In this document: positions 35,001-47,134 of the stretch, one piece after another
Layout of the letters: every line of letters starts with the position of its first letter
Position numbering within the stretch: the stretch's first letter is position 1
Origin: Azolla caroliniana
Lineage: Eukaryota; Plantae; Polypodiophyta
DNA length: 64,000 nucleotides
Assembly: GCA_043228905.1 (NCBI GenBank)
Contig: JBHGNT010000004.1
Span: forward strand, 12,896,001-12,960,000
Direction: 5' to 3'
The notes under the pieces: model-generated
The model's database searches: none
What the model was told of the DNA's origin: nothing
The model's input: the letters and a program-made list of their open reading frames with translations, nothing else
Position numbers and translations under genes: made by a program

Positions 35001-37001
35001 CAGGAGCCGGTTACCGAAAACCGAGGACGGAGATATCCTCTCCGGGAAAGAAGAGCCCCCGGGAGATTTCCGGATGTAGAGCATGTGTTTCTAACCGATG
35101 AGGGGGAGCCGGAAAGCTTCGAAGAAGCAAAGGATGACACCCATAGCCGCAAGTGGTTAATTGCCATGTAGGATGAGATGGATTCCCTACATGAGAACCA
35201 CACATATGAATTGGTGGAGTTGCTGAAAGGAAAGAGGGCACTCTGAAACAAGTGGGTGTACAAGCTGAAACCAGGGGAAGCCGGCAACCCCCCGAGATAC
35301 AAAGCCAGGATCATGGTGAAGGGGTTCCAGCAAAAGAAGGGCATGGACTTCGACAAGATATTTGCCCCGGTAGTAAAGATGACTTCCATCCGGACGCTGT
35401 TGAGCATAGCAGTAAGCATGGACCTCGAGGTAGAGTAGTTAGACGTGAAGACGACGTTCCTCCACAGCGACCTCGAAGAGGAGATCTACATGCAGCAACC
35501 GGAGGGATTTGTGAAGAAAGGGAAGGAGCACCTGGTTTGCCGGTTGAAGAAGAGCCTGTACGGTTTGAAGCAGGCTCCCCGGTAATGGTACCGGAAGTTT
35601 GACTCCTTCATGACCGATCAAGGATACCACAAGACGCAGGCCGATCACTGCGTATTTGTGAAGAAGTTCGAAGGTGGAGACTTCCTGATACTCCTCCTAT
35701 ACGTGGACGACATGTTGATCGTCGGACGAGACCAAGTCAAGATACAAATGCTGAAGAAGGCCCTGAACCAGACCTTCTCAATGAAAGACTTGGGTTCGGC
35801 AAGACAGATACTAGGGATGCATATCATCCGGGATCGGTCAACGAAGTAATTGTGGCTGTCACAGGAGAAATACGTGACAAAGGTGCTTTAGCAGTTCAAC
35901 ATGTCAGATGCGAAACCGGTCGGATTGACACTCCCGGAAAACTGCAGATTATCCGGTAAGGAAAACCCAAAGACGAAGGTAGAGAAGGCGGATATGATGA
36001 AGATACCATATGCCTCTGCCGTCGAGAGCTTAATGTACGCAATGGTGTGTACCTGACTGGATATCAGATATGCAGTCGGAGTGGTGAGCCGGTTTATGAG
36101 CAATCCCAGCAATGAGCACTGGAATGCGGTAAAATGGATACTCCGGTACTTTAAAGGCACCTCAAGTATGTGTCTCCGATTCAGCTCCGGTAAACCCCAA
36201 CTTGACGGTTTCACCGATTCAGATTTGTCGGCTGATGCGGATACCAGTCGGTCAACATCAGGATATGTTATGACATATGTAGGGGGAGCTGTTTCGTGGC
36301 AACCGAGGCTACAGAAGACGGTTGCGTTGTCAACCACGGAGGTAGAGTACTTGGCGGCTGTGGAAGCCGACAAGGAAATACTATGCATGAAGGACTTCAT
36401 CGAAGAGCTTGGTATTCGGCAAGAGGAATACCGGCTCTATTGCGACAATCAAAATGCCACCCACCTTGCGAAGAACGCGGCGTATCATTCCAGGATGAAG
36501 CACATCCAACGCAGGTACCACTGGATCCGGGAGCGAGTAGAAGATCGAGAGTTTGTGCTGACGAAAATCCACACGAAGAAGAACGGGTGAGATATACTGA
36601 CCAAAGTGGTGAAACCTGACAAGCTAGATGTATGCCGGAAGAGGATCGGATTGACGAGGCATCCCATGCCGGAGTGAAGGGGGAGTTTGTTAGGATTTCG
36701 GTCCCTCCGGATGGGATATGAGTACCCGACAACGCAGACCCGGTGAGAACCAGATGATGAGTACCTGACAAGGAAGACCCGGTGAGAACCGGATGATGCA
36801 AGCTTGGTGAGAACCTCTCACTGGATGAAGGGACATATATGGAAATATGTTTCTGAGAGCCCATTGGGGCTATATCTGTAAATAGTCCTAAAGTCATATT
36901 AGTATAAATATGACCTAGGGCAAATAGAGTGAGTGTATCATTGTGTTGTCATTATTTTGTATAGAGTTATTGGTGTAACTGCTGTACAGAGCGTAGCAGA
37001 G

Positions 37002-37069
<68 letters not shown>

Positions 37070-39251
37070 GTCTCTGTTGTAACCGCCTCCAGGCGAAGAT
37101 TGTGAGCACGAGGTCATTGCCTATGTGTTCCCCTGTGGTATTCTCTTTACATAGTGATAGTTCAGAGTCTGTGGGCTCCCTTGGTTTTTCCCGTTTAGGG
37201 TTTTCCACGTTAACATCCTGTGCATTCTCTTTTGTTTGTGTACTTACTTCCATTTCTCATTTCTTCTGTGTTTGATTATCATTAAGTGATCTAAGTCTCG
37301 GTTGTGACCGAAGATTATTCTGCATATTTTCTACAGGATTGACTATGAGTCTAAGTCGGCAGGGATGTTAAGGTCAATCGAGGAATATGAGTTGGAGTTG
37401 TCCAACCTTGAAAAGCCGATCAATATATATGAACCCAAGCAAAGAGGAGAGTCGGGAGAGACACCCGAACGAGAGTCGACAACGAGTTGAAGGAGATACC
37501 CACTCCGAGAAAGGAGAGCACCAACAACATATGCCATTCAATACATCCTCTTGACAGATGAAGGTGAGCCAGAGAGCTATGATGAAGCCAGTGCCGACGA
37601 GCACAGAGAGAAATGGCTGAACGTGATGCAAGATGAGATGGAATCCTTGCACAAAAACTACACCTACAACCTGGTAGGAGAGGTAAGAGAGCATTCAGGA
37701 ACCAATGGGTCTACAAGGTGAAGACTGGATAAGTCGACAGTGTGCCTAGGTATAAAGCCTGCATTGTGGTGAAGGATTTCCAATAGAAAAAGGGCGTCGA
37801 CTTTGACGAAATATTCGCTCCAGTCGTGAAGATGACATCCATTAGAATTGTTCTAAGCATAACTGCTAGCATGGATGTAGAGATGGAAAAATTGGATGTC
37901 AAGACGACATTCTTGAATGGGGAGTTGGATGAAGAGATCTACATGCAGAAACCTGAAGGTTTTGTGGAGAAAGGGAAAGAGAATCTGGTGTGTCGACTGA
38001 AGAAAAGCTTGTATGACCTAAAACAAGCTCCACACTAATGGTAAAAGAAGTTCGAGTCCTTTATGGTGGAATATGGGTTCTAGAAAACACAGGCTGATCA
38101 CTGTGTGTTCGTCAAAAGGTATGATGAAGGTGATTTCTTGATTCTCTTATTATATGTAGACAACATGTTGATAGTCGATCAAGATACAAGAAAGATTCAA
38201 CATGACAGAAGCAAAGCCGATTGGCTCTGTGTTACTGACTAATTGCAAGTTAAATGCAAGACAATGCCCGAGAAGGGAGAAAGAAAAGGCTGAGATGAGG
38301 AAAGTACCATATGCCTCAGCCGTCAGCAGTCTAATGTATGCTATGGTCTGCACGAGACCAGACATAGATTTTGTTGTGGGAACATTAAGCCAATACAGAA
38401 GTAATCCAGGAAGAGAACACTAGGCAACAGTGAAGTGGATACTCGGGTACTTAAAAGGCACCTCGAGGGTATGCCTAAGATATGGTGTCGGAAAACCCAT
38501 GCTCGAACGGTTTACCGACTCGGACATGTCAAGGGAAGTAGATTCAAGACGATCCACGTCAGGGTACATGATGACCTATGCAGGGGGAGCAGTGTCGTGG
38601 CAGTCACGACTGTAGAAGTCTGTGGTCTTGTTGACCATAGAGGCAGAGTATATGGCAACGGTAGAGGCTGGCAAGGAGCTGATTTGGATGAGAAACTTTC
38701 TCAGTGAGTTGGGAATGAAGCAAAGGGATTTCTTGCTTCATTGTGATAGCTGGAGTGCGATACACCTAGCCAAGAATGGTGCATACCACTCCCGGACCAA
38801 GCACATACAAAGAAGGTATCACTGGTTGCGAGAGAAAGTCGAAGAAGGAGAGTTTACCCTCGTGAAGATCCATACTTACGACAATGGATCCGACATGTTG
38901 ACAAAGAACCTACCAATGGATAGACTCAGAGTCTGTCGACAGAGGAAAGGAATAACAGAATCCTCCCACAGGAGTGAAGGGGGAGTTTGTTAGGAATATG
39001 TCCCTCCAGTGGGAGGAGCCGATTGTTCAGGCCAAGAAGTGCCGACAGTCGAAGACTAGGAGCAAACTGCTCAGGCCGAGTATCGATAGTTGAAGAGTTG
39101 ACTGCGTGAGTCGATAGAAAGGAGATCTAGGTTGTAGACGCGACCGACTAGTCGGGCCTACCAGATGGTCGATTACCAGGCCGAATAGTCGGACCGGCTG
39201 GACAATCAACGCTAGGGTCGACTGATGGCCACTCATTATTATAGATAATAA
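29025..39251 (+). mobile_element. Ty1/copia element D (Tnt1/Tork-like), decayed, 3' LTR truncated
   Basis: 5' LTR at 29025-29701. PBS TGGTATTAGAGC at 29705-29716. gag-PR-INT at about 29730-31990 and RT-RH at about 37340-38980. PPT followed by a partial 3' LTR at 38988-39251. Confidence 0.9.
31999..37335 (+). mobile_element. Ty1/copia element F (same family as C), full-length with many stops, nested in D
   Basis: LTRs at 31999-32603 and 36688-37335. PBS at 32607-32618. PPT before 36688. Complete gag-PR-INT-RT-RH motifs. No TSD seen. Confidence 0.92.
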
Positions 39252-40280
39252 CCACCAATATTTTTTCTTGATCATTGCAAATGTTGCCCATGTTCCCCGA
39301 TGTCCAGCCCAATCGGATTCATGAAATTAAGATATTACCTGTTTCTGTTGTTCCTTTATGCCGACTACCTGAAGTGATATACCATCCGGTCTTTTCGGCT
39401 CCCTCCAAATTAATCCATTGTTCATGAAGAATTTCCGGACTTGTCGTTTCTTCCTTCGGATCTTGACTCTCTTTTCTTTATTTTCCGATGATTCCTCGAT
39501 TTCTTGTAGCACTTTCCCGATTAGTAAGCTTTCTCCCTTGTATTCGTCTTTCCGGAACTCCCAAATTATGTTCACCCGGCCTATGTGCTCCGAAGTAAAG
39601 TAGTTTTCGGAAACTTCTTCATTATCCGATTCGACTATGTCATCTTCGAACCTGACCCTTGATAACATATCCACTACCGCGTTGTCTTTTCCGGAGATAT
39701 GTCGAACCTCTGGATTAAGTGACTTTACATATGCAATCCATCTTAGCATAACCACATCTGGTACCATCCAACATCGCATCATCCCGAGTATCGGAAGGCA
39801 ATTCGTTTCGATCACTACTTCAGCTCCGATCAAATAATCTCAATCCAATTTTATTGTCGACACGACTCCCCATAATTCTCTTTTAACTTGAGCATATCCG
39901 CGTTGCCTTTCGTTGAGAACCTTTGCTCCGAATTGAAACGGGTATCACGAACCATCAGAGTCGACTTGGTTGACGACCCATTCGATCCTAGTTGGACTTG
40001 TATCAACCGTCACTATGATCGGTCGGTCATAGTTCGGTTTCTTAAGTGCTTCTGCCCTCCATAGTGTTTTCTTGAGCTTCTTCATGGCTTTGGTATATTT
40101 CAGTCTCCATTCAAACTTCTTACCCTTCTGCAGCAAGTGATACTGTGGGTCTGCAATGTGTGCATTGTGCAGAAACCATATGTGATAAAATGCACATGCA
40201 CCAAGAAATCTATGGACTTTGGATTGTGTCTCGCATGTTTCTTTCATAGCTTGAATCGCATCGATCTTGACAAGTGACGG

Positions 40281-41261
40281 TGTCGTGATGTTTCTAACAC
40301 ATAGTGTGAAACAACCCTTGAAAAGAAGTAAAATAGTAGTTCAAATAAACTAGTATTGTGAAGTTAACTTTATTGGTAGCAAAAATACTTTTTCATTTGC
40401 CAAAGATAATTCCTTCTAAATAAATGGTCAAAGGATTAAACCTTACAATAAATAATGATGAATATTAAGTTAGAGGTGGTTTTCAAAAGTAGACAAAATA
40501 GAGAAAAAGATGGAGAGAAAAACCATGCAACTAAAAGCCATGCAACTAAAAGTAAAGGCCAAGCAACTAAAAAAGAGGTCATGCAACTAAAAATAAGGGC
40601 CAAGCAACTAAAAGTGGACGCATGCAAAGGAACATGAGAGGCTATGATCAAGAAAGAAATCCGTATATGTTCCACTCTTCTTCTTCTTTTTCTCTAGTTT
40701 TTTTTTCTCTTCAGCTCTCTCCCATTGCTGTGGGTGAAAACAATCTGTCATATTCTTATCGGATCACTCCTTATATGGTTGTGGGCTCCTTTCTTTGAAA
40801 AGTAATCTCTTATATTCATATCGGATCACTCCTTATATGGTTGTTGGCTCCTTTCTTTGAAAAATAATCTCTCATATTCATATCGGATCACTCCTTATAT
40901 GGTTGTTGGCTCCTTTCTTTGAAAAATAATCTCTTATATTCATATCGGATCACTACTTATATGGTTGTTGGCTCCTTTCTTTGAGAACAATCTCTCATAT
41001 TCATATCGGACCACTCCTTACATGGTTGTTGGCTCCTTTCTTTCAAGAATGATCTTTCATATTCATATCCAATTCGTTGTAACATGAATCTCGAATTATA
41101 AAGAATCTATTTTCTTTTGCAAGAAACAAACGTTTTCTCTCACCTACTTGTCTTATGTTTAAATCTTGCTTGTGTTGTACGCGTGAGCAGTAATTCCTTC
41201 CAGTCCATAACCCCGATGGTTCCGCGTCAGGATCCGCTCATAGTGACGGATTTTCACGACA
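40281..41261. mobile_element. Solo LTR (981 bp) of a B-like gypsy family
   Basis: Termini TGTCGTG...CACGACA as in B. 4-bp TSD ACGG at 40277-40280 and 41262-41265. It interrupts the host YGRRPS motif. Confidence 0.9.
40737..41070. repeat. 62-bp tandem repeat (about 5.3 copies) inside the solo LTR
   Basis: GGATCACTCC-type anchor at 40761, 40823, 40885, 40947 and 41009. Confidence 0.93.
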
Positions 41262-41307
41262 ACGGTCTTCGGCCGTAGGTCCCACATAGATGTCCAACTA
41301 CCAATAT

Positions 41308-44300
41308 TGTTGAGTGACAAGCTCAACATTGGGTGCGTAACACGGTGCGTAACCTAGTGCGTAGACTGGGTGCGTAAAACAATATGCATAACGTGGTCAT
41401 ATCGGTGCATAAACCGAAAGGCCGGTAGTATGGTATTCCTCGTAAGGAATAATTTTGGGAGTTAGTGTAGTAGGCTCATTTATGAGCAGTCAAGTACCGT
41501 CAGTACTTGTGTCAGCCCAATAGTCAGGGCTTGTATAAAAGGTGCTCACTGAGCACGAAATATGTACAGACGGTCATTATTTTGAAATAGAACTGAGTTT
41601 TATGCTCTCTCTCTCTCTCTCTTTGTCTCTCCCTCTCCCTCTCCCTCTTTGTATTTTCTGTGTTTTTTACCAAACTGTCATTCTCCGAACTGTGTAGTCC
41701 GTGTTTCACATATGCTTCCGCATATGCTATTCTTTTACATGGTATCAGAGCGCGAGGGTTGAAGTCCTCTACAACCAACATAAAAGCTTGCGACAGAGAC
41801 ATAGTTGAGTTTGTTCTTCCTACTTCGGAAAGATAAGACAGTGACATGGACAGAGGAATGGGAAGGTCGCTACCGACCGAGAAGCTCAACAGGAGCAACT
41901 ACGCATCTTGGTCATACAAGATGTACTAGTACCTGCTTGGCCATGGCTATTGGAGTTATGTCGAAGGAGCTAATGATGTTGCACCCGACTCGTCACATAG
42001 AGACTTTCCAGCTTGGGAACAAGTGGCAAGCATAGTTCTCTACTGCTTTGCGTCGTATGTGAGCAACTAGGTATTGAGCCATATTCAGGATGCCAAGACG
42101 GCAAAGGACGTATGGGCGAATCTCAAGAAGATTTTTGCCGCTAGCACCATGGCCAAGAAGCTTCAACTCAGGCTGGAGTTGAGCAATGTTCAACAACGAG
42201 ATATGTCGGTGGTTGATTACACCTCCAAGATCAGAGAAATTTGCGACTCTCTCACCTCCATCAACGTGAACGTCGAGGAAGATGAGATGGTGCAGGTTTG
42301 TCTTGGTGGGTTAGCGTCAAAGTTCGGAGCATTCCGAATGACAGTCTGTATGAGGGAGAATATGCCTACATTCTTCGAGCTTTAGTCAATGTTGCTTGTT
42401 GAGGAAAATCACGCGGGTGTGTCAACAAGTACGCACACTGATGGCAAGATGCTATACACGGAGGAAGATAGGCATTGTGGTCATGGCGAACAAGGCGGAT
42501 CGGCGCGTAATGGAGGCGGCTGAAAAGAGTAGAATGGACAACGTAATCGAAATGTCGGAAGCAATTCTGAACCCTCCGGAAACAGGGGGAGTCATAGCGG
42601 TGTTAGAAGCTGGCAAGATAAGGCCGCAACGGAATGCTAGTACTGTGGAAAGAAAGGCCACAGGGAGAGCGAGTGTTGGAAGAAAGAAACCGATTCGGAC
42701 AAAGCCGGACCGAGCGGGAGAGACGCAAGAAGGCATCAAAAGTCGCATTATGCTGATGGGTCCGAACGAGCCGGAAATGGATCAGGCCCTGCCTTCGTAA
42801 TGAAGCACAAGGCCAATTTGATGGCTGTGAACACCTCGAAATCGAGCGAGGTGTGGTATGTTGATTCCGGAGCGTCAAATCATATGGCGAGTCACGGGGA
42901 ATGGTTCTCGTACTTGGAGAAGCTGGAAAAGCAAGGAGTGGTCGAAACCAGAGATGACACTCTGCATACCATCGAACATGTCGGTGAAGTTCCCCTCAGC
43001 CACGTCGGACAGAAAGGTAAGCTCATGAACGTGTTGCACATCCCGACAATAACGAAGAACCTGGTGTCGATCGGACAGATCGACAACCAAGGGATTTAGG
43101 TTCGATTCACGCATCTAGGGTGCTTCATAGAAGAGGAGGGCAAAGTAATCGCGCAAGAGCACCGTGAAGGGAGGATTTTTATCCTCGAAACCAACAATGT
43201 GGGCACCGCTATGTTTGCGAAAGGGTAGAAGGTCGAGTCAAACCTCGACCTGTGGTATAAGTGGTTCGGCCATATTAACTCCCGCGGCTTCGTGAAATGC
43301 AGACGAAGAACATTGTGTTTGGCTTGCTGAAATTTCGAGGCCGGAATGGCCAAGTTTGCGAAGCCTGCCAGATGGGAAAACAACATCGACTTCCATTCCC
43401 CAATGAGCGTAATCGTAGTTGAAATCCGCTAGACTTGATCCATTCGGATGTGTGGGGTCCGACACAGAACGTGAGTCTCGGTGGAAGCCGTTACATGACT
43501 TCACTCGGCACATGTGGGTATGCACGATCGCGAAGAAGAGCGAAGTCTTCACATGTTTCCTGAAGGTGAAGAGCCTTGCGGAAAGGGAAACAGGGCGTAA
43601 GATCAAATGCCTACGGTCCGATGGCGGGAAGGAGTACTTCTCCGACTAGTTCACAAGTTATCTACAGAAGGAGGGAATTCGACGCGTAGTAGAACGGTGT
43701 GGCCGAGTGGAAGAATAGGACAATCAAAGAAGCGGCCAGGGCAATGCTTGATGAGAAGCATATGCCGAAATTCTATTGGGCTGAAGCCGTGAAAATGGTT
43801 GTCTACTTGCAGAATCGGACTTTTGCTAATGGAGGAGTGACGCGAGTGTCGCCACATGAATTGTATTTCGGGAAGAAGCCAAACTTGGCACACTTGAGGA
43901 TTTTCGGTAGCATTGCATATGTACACGTACCGAAGGAAAAGAGGAGGAAGCTTGACGCCAAAGCCAGAAAGTGCATCTTAGTCGGCTATCAAGACGAACA
44001 GAAGGGGTATAAGTGTTATCACCCCCGAACAAAGCAAGTGCGCGTAAGTCGAGATGTCATGTTCGACGAGTCCGCTTCGTGGTACTTGGCTTCCACTCTA
44101 GTACCTCATGACTCCATTCCGAATTCTGAAGAAGAAGTCAGCCAGGTTGAGATGCCTCCACATGATGAGGACATCGGAGCTCTGAGAGAGAGTCTAATCT
44201 CATTTCGGGTGAGTGGGCCGAATGAGGGGTTGGACCGAAATGGCCAACCAAATGAAGAGATGGGGAGTAGTGAAAACTCAACTGTGATGTTCCTGCGTAA

Positions 44301-46274
44301 AGAACCGAGGAGACGGTTCAAGGAGAAAGGGAAGAAAAAGATGTCAGAGTACGATTTAGACAATGCCGAGTCAGATCGAAGCGAGTCTCACTACAAGAAA
44401 ACTGGAAAGGAACCTCTACGGAAGAGGTCGAAATCGGCCGAAAAAGCCGTAAAATCGGGTAATCACGAATTACGCCGATCTACCCACTAGAAGAACCCTG
44501 TCAAAAGATACGGGTACAATGAATACATGGCACACCATTACGCGTACATGACGCGAGTGGCAGAAGTGCGTGAACTAGAGAGCTACACAGAAGTGGCGAA
44601 AGACGCAAACTGGCGTGCCGCGATGGAGGAAGAGATGCGCGCTTTGACTGATAATGAGACTTGGGACTTGGTTGACGCACCGAAGGGTGTAAAAACGATC
44701 GGATGTAGGTGGGTGTATAAAGTGAAATACAATACCGACGGCTCAGTCAATCGATACAAGGCCCGTTTAGTTGCGAAAGGCTACGTGCAGAAGCACGGTG
44801 TGGACTACGACAAATTTTCGAAAGCCTTATCTATTTGATGATTACTCGGCCGGATCTCAGTTATCCAGTCGGCCTGATTAGTCAATTCATGTCGCAGCCT
44901 ACGGTCGAACACTTTTAGTGTGCGCAAAGGATATTGCGATATGTTAGTGGCATTGTTGTAACGGGCAAGTGTAGCTGAACAAATGGTTAGCTACACGGAT
45001 GTCGATTGGGCCGGAAACGCCAGTGATCGTAGATCCACATCCGGATACGCCTTCTTATTAGGAAGTGCAGCGATCGCATGGAGCAGTAAGAAACAACCGA
45101 TAGTAGCACTGTCGAGCACGGAGGCCGAGTATCGAGGGGCAACTGTCACTACGTGCGAAGTCATTTGGCTGAAACGACTGTTACGTGATCTGCATGTAGA
45201 GGTGTCTGATCCATCGACGATCTATTCTGACAACCTCAGCAGTATCCACCTTGCGAAAAACCCCGTGGTCCATTTCCGAACCAAGCACATTGAGGTGCAT
45301 TACCATTTTGTCCGCGGGGTCCTTTCAGGTGAAGTTGAATTGGTGCATGTTTCGACTGATCGGCAAGTTGCCAACATCTTCACCAAGCCTCTTGGTCTTG
45401 ACAAGTTGCGGCATTTCTTGGGTGAGCTAGGTTTGCGTCACCTCAACACGCCAAACTTGAGGGGGAGACTGGAACAAGAGTTTGAACATGAACAAGAGTG
45501 CAATCACGACGTGATTTGGATGAAGAGTTCGATTTCGGGCCGGCTGAAGAAGCCGAAGAAGGAAGCAAGGGCCGTAATCTTAGGGAAGAGCCCATGACAG
45601 CCGAATCAGGGGGACATAAGGCCAAGGCCAATACGTGCTTTGATGTAGTCAAAGGCCTAAAGACAGAAGATGAATTGGAGACAACAAATTCGGATGAGAG
45701 CGGAATTGAATCAGAAGAGACCGATTCAATCAAAATGTTCGATTAAGATATTATGAATTGATTGAGGGCCAAGCGGAGGAAAGGGCAGCGGAAGAGGTGC
45801 CAACACCCTGACAACAAGGGAGCTGAGAAGGGCCACATGAGCAGACAAGCCGACCGAAAGGGTCGAAGCGTGCAGAATCAAACGGGTAGAGGAGCGCGAG
45901 CAAGGCATGAAGCCAAGAGAAGCCGGAGTGAAGATCCGAAGGAGCATGTGGAAGTTCAAGTTGAGCTTGAGGGGGAGTGTTGAGTGACAAGCTGAACATT
46001 GGGTGCGTAACACAGTGCGTAACCCAATGCGTAGACTGGGTGCGTAAAACAATATGCATAATGTGGCCGTATCGGTGCGTAAACCCAAAGGCCGGTAGTA
46101 TGGTATTCCTCGTAAGGAATAATTTTGGGAGTTAGTGTAGTAGGCTCATTTATGAGCAGTCAAGTACTGTCAGTACTTGTGTCAGCCTGATAGTCAGGGC
46201 ATATATAAAAGGTGCTCACTGAGCACGAAATATGTACAGAGGGTCATTATTTTGAAATAGAACCGAGTTGTCTG

Positions 46275-46311
<37 letters not shown>

Positions 46312-46431
46312 CCTCTCCCTCTCCCTCTCCATCTCCATCTCTGTATTTTCTGTGTTTTTTACCAAACTGTCATTCTCCGAACTGTGTACTCTGTGTTTCT
46401 CATACGCTTCCGCACACGCTATTCTTTTACA
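41308..46431 (+). mobile_element. Ty1/copia element E (related to A), RT core deleted
   Basis: LTRs at 41308-41739 and 45978-46431. TSD AATAT. Met PBS at 41740-41751. Near 44815 the sequence jumps from VDYD to SLIYL, so YVDD is missing. Confidence 0.95.
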
Positions 46432-47134
46432 AATATCTCTTCTTGTCCGAATGCCGATTTCTCTCCGGAGAGTGTTAAGTGCACATCTTCTAACTTCTGT
46501 AGCACTTTCTCACAATCGTGAATATGGTTGACTACGAACTTACGACATCCCCGATCATCCATATTCTCATCATTTTCTTCCACCGCACATCCTTTCATCG
46601 GGATGTCATCTAGGAACGACATTGTTATCTCCGGGATGCAATGTCGAAGCACCTTATTTATCGCATTCATCATATGTGCGACCGAGTTCATTGCTCCTTG
46701 TTGTCAAGAATAGTACTAAGACACAGAAGGAATTAGTACTAAAAGAAGTATTAGTACTAAGAGAGGTGAAGGACTCTCGAGAGAAGGAATGAGTGAGTGA
46801 GAGGGAGGGAGAGAGAGATCGAGAGAGAGAGAGAGAGAGAGAGAGAGTGATGATAAGAAAAGATATATATTATGTGAGGAAAATGTACAGTAGCTAGGAG
46901 GCTTAAGACTGGCGTTGAACCGATTTGGTTCGAAATAATGCCTTGTGCCTCCTTTTATAGTGTTCTAAGGAATACTCCTGAAGTTTCTAGAATGTTCCAG
47001 AGAAATCTGGAATACACATCAATTTCTATAATAAAACATAAATGAAAATAATATTCTACGTATTACAATGTATAGTTTAATGGTCAAGAGCCTGACCCAT
47101 GTAGTATAAGGTCATGGGTTCGAGTCTTGCCATA

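Noticed and set aside
40737-41070. 62-bp repeats as CRISPR-like repeat-spacer units
   Set aside because: There are no variable spacers, and the array lies inside a TSD-flanked solo LTR.
45498-45983. env-like gene in the 3' region of E
   Set aside because: The ORFs are short, acidic or basic, with no transmembrane segment and no similarity to the A spacer.
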